Origin: Candidatus Aenigmatarchaeota archaeon
GTDB lineage: Archaea; Aenigmatarchaeota; Aenigmatarchaeia; GW2011-AR5; JAGGXF01
Assembly (NCBI GenBank): GCA_029932645.1
Contig: JAOZPR010000001.1
Coordinates: 53,576-66,681, forward strand
DNA: 13,106 bases
Reading direction: 5' to 3'
This document shows positions 1 to 7,453 of the stretch, in pieces. Within the stretch, counting starts at the first letter, position 1, and the number at the start of each line of letters is the position of its first letter. The position numbers and the translations under genes were made by a program. Below the pieces are notes generated by a model. It did no database searches, was not told where the DNA came from, and saw only the letters and a program-made list of their open reading frames with translations.

Positions 1-261
1 AATGAAGAAAAATTTAATATCGGTGCCCATGTTTACGAGTCTTCGGAATCGAACAAGACAGGGTCGTGGCGCGCGTTCAAGCCCATAGTCACAAACAAGT
101 GTGTGGGCTGCGGCACATGTGAAAAGACCTGTCCTGATGGAGCGATTAAAGTTAACCCAAAAACAAAGAAGGCAGAAATAGATTATGATTATTGTAAGGG
201 CTGTCTCATCTGTATGAATGTCTGCCCGGTCAAGGCAATAAAAAAGGAAATAGAAAAGTAA
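1..261 (+). CDS. porD: Pyruvate/2-oxoacid:ferredoxin oxidoreductase delta subunit (2x[4Fe-4S]), 5'-truncated by the window edge
   Basis: Not in the ORF track. Frame 1 reads NEEKFNIGAHVYESSESNKTGSWRAFKPIVTNKCVGCGTCEKTCPDGAI...IDYDYCKGCLICMNVCPVKAIKKEIEK*, with TAA at 259-261. It has the KTGxWR delta-subunit motif, two CxxCxxCxxxCP ferredoxin motifs and lies directly upstream of porA. Confidence 0.93.
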   Translation, partial: NEEKFNIGAHVYESSESNKTGSWRAFKPIVTNKCVGCGTCEKTCPDGAIKVNPKTKKAEIDYDYCKGCLICMNVCPVKAIKKEIEK

Positions 262-316
262 ATAAAAATAGAAAAATGGTGGAAGAAGAGCAATCTGCTG
301 ACATGGGGTATTAAGA

Positions 317-1468
317 ATGGTAAAAAAAGTTGTCGAAGCAAGTTTGGCCATTGCTGAAGCACTCAAGCTCTGCAAACCAGATGTTATCGCTGCTTATCCT
401 ATCACGCCACAGACGCACATAGTGGAGCATCTGTCACAAATGGTGGCTGACGGCGACCTGAAATCAGAATACATTAGAGTAGAGTCAGAACATTCTGCCA
501 TGAGTGCCTGTTTTGGTGCAGCATGCACTGGCGTACGCACGTTCACAGCAACAGCATCCCAAGGCCTAGAACTAATGCATGAGATACTGCACATTGTTTC
601 TGGGACAAGGCTTCCTATAGTCATGGCTGTTGTGAATCGAGCTGTGTCAGGTCCAATTAATATCTGGAACGACTGGTCTGACACCATGGCTGCGCGTGAC
701 TGCGGCTGGATTCAACTCTACTGTGAAACAGCACAGGAGGCTCTGGACACAGTTGTACAGGCGTATAAAATATCTGAGAACCATGAAATACTCTTGCCAG
801 CGATGGTTTGTATAGACGGTTTTTACTTATCACATACTTATGAACCTGTAGATGTTCCTGATTCGCTAAACGGTTTTCTGCCAGATTATGACCCTGTTCT
901 TAAAATAGACATGAAAAAACCAATAACACAGGGCTCGTTCGGCACGCCACCTCATTTTCAGGAGTTCCGGGAACAGCAATACCATGCAATGAACCGGGCA
1001 AAGCGTATTATAAAGCAAACGAACAAGGAATTCGCTGAAACATTCGGAAGAAATTATGGAGACGGACTCGTAGAAACATATAATATTGAAGACGCAAAGT
1101 ATATTATTATTTCACTCGGGTCTATATGTGGCACAATAAAATACCTGCTCGAAAAGGATAATATTAAGGACATTGGGCTGGTTAGAATTAAGTCGTTCAG
1201 GCCTTTCCCAGAAGAAGAACTCAGAGAAATATTGAACAAATACGAATCTATTGGTGTGCTGGAAAAGGCTGTAACCTTGGGTATTGGAGGGCCAGTCTGG
1301 TCAGAACTGCGCGGCTTGACAAACAAGCCTATGGCAGACTTTATTGGCGGCCTCGGTGGAAGAGACATAACACTTGATAATATAAGAGAAGCCTTTGATA
1401 AGATAAGGTCTTCTGACACAGGCATTCATTGGCTTAGCTCAAAGCTCAAAGGGGATCATGATGACTGA
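317..1468 (+). CDS. porA: Pyruvate:ferredoxin oxidoreductase alpha subunit
   Basis: Motifs AAYPITPQT, VESEHSAMS, TATASQGL, NRAVSGP and C-terminal GGLGGRD; 383 aa; porD-porA-porB gene order. Exact 2-oxoacid specificity cannot be fixed from sequence. Confidence 0.93.
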   Translation: MVKKVVEASLAIAEALKLCKPDVIAAYPITPQTHIVEHLSQMVADGDLKSEYIRVESEHSAMSACFGAACTGVRTFTATASQGLELMHEILHIVSGTRLPIVMAVVNRAVSGPINIWNDWSDTMAARDCGWIQLYCETAQEALDTVVQAYKISENHEILLPAMVCIDGFYLSHTYEPVDVPDSLNGFLPDYDPVLKIDMKKPITQGSFGTPPHFQEFREQQYHAMNRAKRIIKQTNKEFAETFGRNYGDGLVETYNIEDAKYIIISLGSICGTIKYLLEKDNIKDIGLVRIKSFRPFPEEELREILNKYESIGVLEKAVTLGIGGPVWSELRGLTNKPMADFIGGLGGRDITLDNIREAFDKIRSSDTGIHWLSSKLKGDHDD

Positions 1469-2336
1469 ATTGTTCAGAAAAGGACACAATGCATGTGCCG
1501 GCTGTCCTGCCGCCATAACAATACGTAACATACTTCAGGCAGCCGGATCAAATACCATTGCTGCAATAGCCACATCATGTCTTGAGATTATCAGCACGCA
1601 GTATCCGAGAACTGCTTGGGAAATAAACTGTGTTCACTGTGCATTTGAAAATGCTGCTGCGGTGGCATCTGGTATAGAAAGCGCGATGAAGGTGCGCAAG
1701 CAGGAAGATGTGAATGTTCTTGCCATAGCCGGAGACGGTGGAACATCTGATATAGGATTGCAGGCCTTGTCAGGTATGCTAGAGCGCGGTCATAATGTTC
1801 TTTATATTTGCTACGACAACGAATGTTACGCTAATACAGGTATACAGCGTTCGTCTGCAACACCATACGGCGCATGGACAACAACAAGTCCGCCAGGCAG
1901 ACTGAGTGTTGGTAATGAAACATTCAAGAAGCCATTGGCTGAGATAGCTGCGGCGCATAGAATACCATATGTCGCGACAGCATCTGCTGCTTACCCAGAC
2001 GATTTGCAAAGAAAAGTAAAAAAGGCGCTTTCTATTAAGGGCCCGAAATTTATTCATGTTCAGGCCCCATGCCCAATTGCGTGGCGCTTCGACTCGTCTA
2101 TGACCGTCAATGTCGGCAAGCTCGCTGTGGAAACAGGCATGTGGGTTTTGTACGAGATAGAAAACGGTGTCCTGAAAATCAACCAAAAGCCGACCGGTAA
2201 AAAGGTCGAGGAATACCTAAAAGTGCAAGGAAGATTCAAGCATCTGAAACCGAAAGATATAGAAAAGATACAAAAGCGCATTGACGACGACTGGAAAAAT
2301 TATCAGGACCTAGAAAAGGCCGGGGTTAAGATATAG
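1458..2336 (+). CDS. porB: Pyruvate:ferredoxin oxidoreductase beta subunit (TPP-binding)
   Basis: GHNACAGC Fe-S motif, ATSCLE, TPP motif GDGG...YDNECYANTGIQRS and a PCP motif. It overlaps the porA stop. GGGGA at 1451-1455 may favour the second ATG at 1461. Confidence 0.93.
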   Translation: MMTELFRKGHNACAGCPAAITIRNILQAAGSNTIAAIATSCLEIISTQYPRTAWEINCVHCAFENAAAVASGIESAMKVRKQEDVNVLAIAGDGGTSDIGLQALSGMLERGHNVLYICYDNECYANTGIQRSSATPYGAWTTTSPPGRLSVGNETFKKPLAEIAAAHRIPYVATASAAYPDDLQRKVKKALSIKGPKFIHVQAPCPIAWRFDSSMTVNVGKLAVETGMWVLYEIENGVLKINQKPTGKKVEEYLKVQGRFKHLKPKDIEKIQKRIDDDWKNYQDLEKAGVKI

Positions 2337-2375
2337 CTTGTATATGACTTCATAGCGCGCGAGCCAAGACTGAGA

Positions 2376-2383
2376 TTTTTAAA
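2376..2383 (+). promoter_or_regulatory. Putative TATA box for a leaderless tmk transcript
   Basis: TTTTTAAA ends about 22 nt before the tmk ATG, and no SD precedes that ATG. This is typical archaeal leaderless geometry. Confidence 0.45.
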
Positions 2384-2404
2384 GTTTGTTATCAATTTCT
2401 TTGT

Positions 2405-3037
2405 ATGCGTACGGAAACAGAGGAAACGCCAAAAAACAAAAAAGGCCTGTTCATAGCGTTTGAAGGTATTGATGGCTCTGGCCAGACTACACAATCCAAG
2501 CTGCTCAAAGACTATCTGACGAAAAAAGGATATGGGGTTGTACTGACAAAAGAACCGACCAATGATACAATCGGCCGAACTATAAGGTCTGCGCTCAGAC
2601 ATGAGTGGCACCCAAACCCAACTGCTTTGCAGCTCTTGTTCACTGCTGACAGAAGCCAACACTTGACAAACGTGATAGAACCCGCATTGAAAAGCGGGAA
2701 AACAATCGTGTGCGACCGTTATCTGCTGTCGACAATAGCATTTGGGTCGATTGCGGCGGATATGGATTATCTAAAAAGCATCAATGCGAAGTTCAGGAGG
2801 CCGGACATAACATTTATTCTTAACGTGCCGCCCGAGGCTTGTATGAAAAGGATACGAATGTCACGACCCAGCACAGAGCTTTTTGAAGAGGAAGAAAAAC
2901 TGAAAAAAATCCGTGAGGCATATTTTTCTCTCAAAGATTATCTTCCGAACACATACGTGATAGACGGAGACAGAGCCATACAAGAAGTTCATGAAGAAAT
3001 AAGAAAAATCGTAGAAAAACATCTCATGGAGAAATAA
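2405..3037 (+). CDS. tmk: Thymidylate kinase (dTMP kinase) family protein with a variant P-loop
   Basis: FIAFEGIDGSGQTTQ P-loop region, TKEP, LLFTADR, VCDRY (DRX motif), PDITFIL and VIDG. The Walker A Lys is Gln. Confidence 0.88.
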   Translation: MRTETEETPKNKKGLFIAFEGIDGSGQTTQSKLLKDYLTKKGYGVVLTKEPTNDTIGRTIRSALRHEWHPNPTALQLLFTADRSQHLTNVIEPALKSGKTIVCDRYLLSTIAFGSIAADMDYLKSINAKFRRPDITFILNVPPEACMKRIRMSRPSTELFEEEEKLKKIREAYFSLKDYLPNTYVIDGDRAIQEVHEEIRKIVEKHLMEK

Positions 3038-3074
3038 TAAAAATAATAAATACTGGTTCTGGAGAATTGTAATT

Positions 3075-3884
3075 ATGTCTGTAGTGAAAGATATAAAAAA
3101 TCTGAAAATACAGGGAGCCACAGACATAGCACTCAAATCGCTAAATTACCTGAAAAGATTTGTCGGCAAAAAGGATTTCAACAAAAAATGCACACTGCTT
3201 CTGAATGCCCGACCAACTGCTGTAACGCTTTATAATGTTCTGAAGGAATTGAAAAAAACTCCGACAAAGAAAAAAATAAACGAGCTTGTGAAAGCCCTGA
3301 ACGAATCAAACCAAAGAATAGCAAAGCACGGGGCACCATTAATTAAAAGCGGCAGCCGTGTTCAAACGCATTGCCATTCATCGTCGGCGCTGGCTATTAT
3401 CAAGGAAGCTGCCAAGAAGAAAAGATTTACAGTAGTCGTCGACGAGACGCGACCAAAAAGGCAGGGAATAAAAACTGCGAAAGAGCTGGCAAAAATAAGG
3501 AACATAAAGGTTGTTCTTCTGGTTGACAGCGCAGCCGGCTTGGCCCTGTCGCCTCCTGTTATCCCGATGTCTGATATAGTAATCGTCGGAACAGATGCGA
3601 TTCGCAAGCAAGGTGTTATAAATAAAATCGGAACATACTTCCTAGCATTAGCTGCAGCAGAGCATGATATACCATTCTATGTCGCAGCTTCGCACTTTAA
3701 GTTTGATAAGAGAAAGCGCGTCGAGATAGAAGAACGGCCAACAGAAGAAATCTACAAAAAGATTAAAAATGTTGAGATAAGGAACCCTGCATTCGACATA
3801 ACACCTTGGAAATATATCACTGCTGTAATAACGGAAAATGGAATAAAAAAGCCCCTAGAGATAATGAAAATATTAAAAGGATGA
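3075..3884 (+). CDS. Ribose-1,5-bisphosphate isomerase (eIF2B alpha/beta/delta-like family)
   Basis: KIQGA, ARPTA, THCHSS (catalytic Cys, C100), ETRP, GTDAI (catalytic Asp, D174), NKIGT, IEERP and NPAFDITP. THCHS is characteristic of R15P isomerase, whereas MtnA has THCN. SD GGAG at 3061-3064. Confidence 0.82.
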   Translation: MSVVKDIKNLKIQGATDIALKSLNYLKRFVGKKDFNKKCTLLLNARPTAVTLYNVLKELKKTPTKKKINELVKALNESNQRIAKHGAPLIKSGSRVQTHCHSSSALAIIKEAAKKKRFTVVVDETRPKRQGIKTAKELAKIRNIKVVLLVDSAAGLALSPPVIPMSDIVIVGTDAIRKQGVINKIGTYFLALAAAEHDIPFYVAASHFKFDKRKRVEIEERPTEEIYKKIKNVEIRNPAFDITPWKYITAVITENGIKKPLEIMKILKG

Positions 3885-3899
3885 TGTTACCAAGGGTTG

Positions 3900-5192
3900 T
3901 TACTTCTTGGCTTTTTTGGGCTTTCGTGCCTTTTTTCTAGCTGGCTTTGCTTTTTTTCTTGATTTTGTTTCTTTTCTTACTTTTGTTTTTTCCTTTGCCT
4001 CTATACCCTCGATTATCTTACTTATATCCCTCACAAATCTCCTGACGTATTCCCTTGTGAGCTCGACATCCCTTTCTGGTATCTTTTCTCCTTCTCCGTC
4101 AGCGGCCATCTTTCGCATGGTCACAACCCTTTTGAACGTTTCTTTGTAGGACGCTGAAACCAGTCCTGCATTAATCAAATACTTATCTATCGCCGCTGGC
4201 AAATCTTTTGGGTCTGGCGGGAGCTTGTCCATCCTCTTAAGAACAGCCACAGCAGCCTTTATCATAACCTCATAGTTCTTCACTATGATGCCATTTTTCT
4301 TTTTCTTTCGGAATGCATTTAGTATGGAGCTCATCTGGCCAACGTATTCCTTTGCATTTTCTATAAATTTATCCAGTTTTTCGCCGCTGACATTCTTTAT
4401 TTTTTTATGCTCAACGTTCTTTCTGAAGTCAATCACATTTTTCAAATACTTTAGATATTTTTTCTTTAGCAGCTTATTCCTGATAAGGTGCTGTTCGACA
4501 TCCCTGACAACGTACTTTGGCGCGGGTGCTTCTAAACCCATGTACATCAGAACTGCCTGTGACGAGTTAAGCATCGCGTAATACAAATCCTCGGCAATCA
4601 TATACAACTTAGCCATCTCGGCCCGTTGGATTTTCTTCGGGGCTCCTTCCATAAACAACTCAATTGCTTCCAACGTACCAGGGATTTTTCCCATCTCCAA
4701 GAGTTTTCTTGTCGGAATGAAAAAACCGGTATCATACAAAGCCCACCCGTCTCTAACAATCGTGTAAAGCAGCGGGTGGCCTATCCTCGCCATCTCCCAG
4801 AATTCTGTCAGTGTCCATGATGGTTGCACACTTATGTCTTTTGATATGCCCTTTCCAATCGCCTGTATCTTCTCGTCAAACGCAGTTTTCATTTCTTCTG
4901 TGAATCTGGCAGCAGTATCGTCTATTATAACAAGGAGGTCAATATCACTCTTCTCATGAAAATCTCCACGAATAAAAGAACCGAATATTACAATGCTCTT
5001 GACTACTTTTCCAAACTTTTTAACAACTTCGTCTTTGAACTTGTCAGCAAGCTTGAGCTGTCTTTTTCTCAGCTTTTCAAGCTTTTTCTTTATATCTTCC
5101 TCTTTTTTTTCTTTTTCTTTCACCAGTTTGTCTTCATCTGGTTTTTCAATCTTCTGCTCCAGTTTCTCCATTTTCTCCAATTGATTAGTCAT
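3900..5192 (-). CDS. Minimal nucleotidyltransferase (MNT) fused to a HEPN domain and a second degenerate HEPN-like domain, with a Lys-rich tail
   Basis: GS-X10-DID motif (FGSFIRGDFHEKSDIDLLVIIDD, 4938-4982). HEPN helix DLYYAMLNSSQAVL and R-X4-H motif RKNVEH (4407-4424). A second similar unit has NYEVMIKAAVAVL...RKMAAD. SD AAGGTGA at 5197-5203. Confidence 0.8.
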   Translation of the reverse strand: MTNQLEKMEKLEQKIEKPDEDKLVKEKEKKEEDIKKKLEKLRKRQLKLADKFKDEVVKKFGKVVKSIVIFGSFIRGDFHEKSDIDLLVIIDDTAARFTEEMKTAFDEKIQAIGKGISKDISVQPSWTLTEFWEMARIGHPLLYTIVRDGWALYDTGFFIPTRKLLEMGKIPGTLEAIELFMEGAPKKIQRAEMAKLYMIAEDLYYAMLNSSQAVLMYMGLEAPAPKYVVRDVEQHLIRNKLLKKKYLKYLKNVIDFRKNVEHKKIKNVSGEKLDKFIENAKEYVGQMSSILNAFRKKKKNGIIVKNYEVMIKAAVAVLKRMDKLPPDPKDLPAAIDKYLINAGLVSASYKETFKRVVTMRKMAADGEGEKIPERDVELTREYVRRFVRDISKIIEGIEAKEKTKVRKETKSRKKAKPARKKARKPKKAKK

Positions 5193-5228
5193 TGAATCAC
5201 CTTACAATTTACCATTTTATAGTAGTAT

Positions 5229-5244
5229 TATTTAAACCTTTTCG
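5229..5244 (-). promoter_or_regulatory. Archaeal BRE-TATA promoter of the MNT-HEPN gene
   Basis: The minus strand reads CGAAAAGG-TTTAAATA. The predicted TSS is near 5206, just before SD AAGGTGA and the ATG at 5192. Confidence 0.7.
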
Positions 5245-5273
5245 TTCCCGCATTACTCATATCTCTTTGTATT

Positions 5274-5336
5274 ATATTTGGATAATCCAAATATAAATAT
5301 GGAATTTCCAAAAATATGTTTGGTTTTTCCAAATTT
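5274..5336. repeat. Three tandem 21-bp palindromic units, core TGG-W5-CCA
   Basis: The units are ATATTTGGATAATCCAAATAT, AAATATGGAATTTCCAAAAAT and ATGTTTGGTTTTTCCAAATTT. TGG cores start at 5279, 5300 and 5321. The first unit extends to a perfect 12-bp-arm inverted repeat at 5272-5296. Confidence 0.85.
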
Positions 5337-5349
5337 ATTATAGCAGACC

Positions 5350-7326
5350 CTAATAAAATTCCTGGCGTGCCCATTCTGCCGCCTTGCCCTTATCAAGAGC
5401 TGACTTGCCAAAGAATGTATGATGCTCCTCAGGTATCGCTAGCAAGTCCTTTATAGGATCCATTGCGTGAAGCATAATCGCTGCTCTTTGCCTGGCCAAC
5501 ACGTTTTTGCTGATACCGAATATCTCTGGTGGTAGCTCGTCTGGTTTTATTGGCGGCGTGCTTGTCAACGCGGTGTATAATTGATAAAAAACCTTTGCTG
5601 TGCTCTTTACGCCGTAAGAGCCCATCTCCCAAATCCAGTAAGAATCATTCATACCAGCCTGCTTGAGTTTGTAGAGCTGCCTGTAAATGACATATATATC
5701 ATAAGAAAACTGTGGAATCGGAGCGTGCGCACCAGCAATTGGCCTTGGCGCATTGATATGTACGCAGCGTATGTATTTAGCATCGCCGGGCATCTCTCTA
5801 ATTATTTTATCTGCCTCTTCTTCCGGACTAATGTAGTTTACGGTCAAATGCTCAAAGTCCAGGCAATAGGATATGTTTTCCGGATCGATGCATTTGACTA
5901 TCTTTATGTGGTCTGTCGCTCTCATAATCCTCAGCTCGCCCTCATGCCCCTTCGGCGGCATATTGGTTTCTATGAATATATGAAGCTTGTGTTTTTTGGC
6001 ATAATTTAAAGCAGATGTTGTTTTGATTGCTCCTTTCTCATCTTTAAGAACCCTACCGTACTGGTCCTTAAGCACTATACCATAGCCCTCTCCAGTGGCT
6101 TTAAGATGTCCCTCAATATATTTTGCAGCCACTGCAGTGATAATCTGCTTGACGTCCTCGGTAAGACCGCCTTCTCTTCCCATCTTGATGTTGGCCTCGT
6201 ATATTATTTTATCCGGGTCTTCTTGATTATCAACAATAGAAACATAAAGCGGGTCGCGCTTCAGCCACATCCACTTGGCCACAACATGATATGCAATGGC
6301 TTCCTCACACTCAGACCCGTTCTCTCTCCAGTATCTGAATACGTCATAGAAGTTGTAGCTGTGATTATACTTATAAACATTAAAATATTTTTTAAACTCA
6401 TTATGAAGCTCTGGGTTTTCATCTAGAATCTCGCTTTCGGCCTTGGCCACACGATTTTCACTTTGAAACCTGTTGAGCTCAGCCACACGTTTCTTATACT
6501 CTTCAACCATCATAATATCTTCTTTGGTGAGAGGAACTCCATTTTTTTCTTTTTCTGCAATTCTCCCCATCTCTTTCTCGAGCTCATTAACCCTGTCTTC
6601 AAGGGGTTTTTTCTCTTTGTAGACTCTTTCTTCTGCCATTCGAGTTATTTTTTTGTCCATTTTTTTTGCTTCTCTCTCTGCTATTTCGCAACCCTCTTTG
6701 AAATATTTTTTTTGTTTTATGACTAAATCCTCGAAAAATGTAACCATGCCCACGTCTGCTGGCGCACCCATTGCGTGGAAGAGAACATTAACAAACCTTG
6801 CCATGAACCAGTCTTTAAGGTTGACACCGCCCACAACACCAACGCTTTCTATCCAGTCTCCAAGATTTGAACCGTTCCATGCGACCATCTTTGATGGGTA
6901 AGTTCGCTGACCACTGGCAGGTGTTAGGTTTGGCCTCGGATTTGAAGAAGTGTGAAAGAGCATATACTTTGCCTTCATGATGTCTGCTGCAGCTTCTGTT
7001 CCCTTAGCCAGCTGCTCCTGCATAACAAGCCACTGGAAGGCATCTGCAAGGCATAAATCCATCTGAGTAGGTAGATGCACACCAACTTCCATGCCTTGCA
7101 TGTGTTTTACTTCTCTCACTTGCTTCTCTATATCAGGTTCATACATCTCAGACAGGGCCTCAAAATCTATCTGGGCGAACTGAAAACCGAGCCGGGCAGC
7201 CTTGGTAAGCTTCCTCGCAAGGCCCATATAAGTCAGCTTTTCTGCACCCTGCTCAAACTCAGCAAACCCAGGTGTAACACCAAGTATATAACCGACTGGT
7301 CTGTTTTTCTCATCCCAAGCAACCAT
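5350..7326 (-). CDS. Xylose-isomerase-like / AP endonuclease family 2 TIM-barrel metalloprotein with a ~300-aa helical insertion
   Basis: Ordered metal-ligand motifs GVH84LP, LFH125TS, IFIE453TN, CLD490FEH493, VH523IN, GAH534AP and WIWE567MG. A charged coiled-coil insertion lies between H125 and E453. SD GGTGA at 7334-7338. Confidence 0.72.
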   Translation of the reverse strand: MVAWDEKNRPVGYILGVTPGFAEFEQGAEKLTYMGLARKLTKAARLGFQFAQIDFEALSEMYEPDIEKQVREVKHMQGMEVGVHLPTQMDLCLADAFQWLVMQEQLAKGTEAAADIMKAKYMLFHTSSNPRPNLTPASGQRTYPSKMVAWNGSNLGDWIESVGVVGGVNLKDWFMARFVNVLFHAMGAPADVGMVTFFEDLVIKQKKYFKEGCEIAEREAKKMDKKITRMAEERVYKEKKPLEDRVNELEKEMGRIAEKEKNGVPLTKEDIMMVEEYKKRVAELNRFQSENRVAKAESEILDENPELHNEFKKYFNVYKYNHSYNFYDVFRYWRENGSECEEAIAYHVVAKWMWLKRDPLYVSIVDNQEDPDKIIYEANIKMGREGGLTEDVKQIITAVAAKYIEGHLKATGEGYGIVLKDQYGRVLKDEKGAIKTTSALNYAKKHKLHIFIETNMPPKGHEGELRIMRATDHIKIVKCIDPENISYCLDFEHLTVNYISPEEEADKIIREMPGDAKYIRCVHINAPRPIAGAHAPIPQFSYDIYVIYRQLYKLKQAGMNDSYWIWEMGSYGVKSTAKVFYQLYTALTSTPPIKPDELPPEIFGISKNVLARQRAAIMLHAMDPIKDLLAIPEEHHTFFGKSALDKGKAAEWARQEFY

Positions 7327-7453
7327 AACGATTTCACCAATTTTATTTTTTCATATTTTATCATTATTTTTTTCGTGTTTTTTCGTCCACTTTTCATGCT
7401 TCTTTTCATTTGCCTTTTTTCGTGTGTTCCTCAGGTCTTTTGTTTGTCAGCAC

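Noticed and set aside
276..314. 12-codon mini-ORF MVEEEQSADMGY between porD and porA
   Set aside because: Very short with no clear SD; expected by chance.
3075..3884. Annotation as translation factor eIF2B subunit or MtnA
   Set aside because: THCHSS with the catalytic Cys/Asp and the lack of the MtnA N-terminal extension fit R15P isomerase better.
3907..5195. Phe-rich plus-strand ORFs that look like membrane proteins
   Set aside because: They are antisense shadows of Lys/Glu-rich codons in the MNT-HEPN gene. The same applies to the other short ORFs nested in or opposite long genes.
5274..5336. CRISPR mini-array or ORB-type replication origin reading of the 21-bp repeats
   Set aside because: The units abut with no spacers and no cas genes are present. 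The core orientation (TGG...CCA) is not that of ORB boxes, there is no G-string and no cdc6/orc1 is adjacent.
6878..7326. Repeated peptide MVAW at aa 1 and aa 147 of the TIM-barrel protein
   Set aside because: The similarity does not extend beyond a few residues, so there is no evidence for an internal duplication.
7327..7453. A-rich minus-strand intergenic stretch with a possible short Lys-rich ORF running into the TIM-barrel gene
   Set aside because: It overlaps the real gene out of frame and is low complexity, and the GGTGA SD supports the ATG at 7326.
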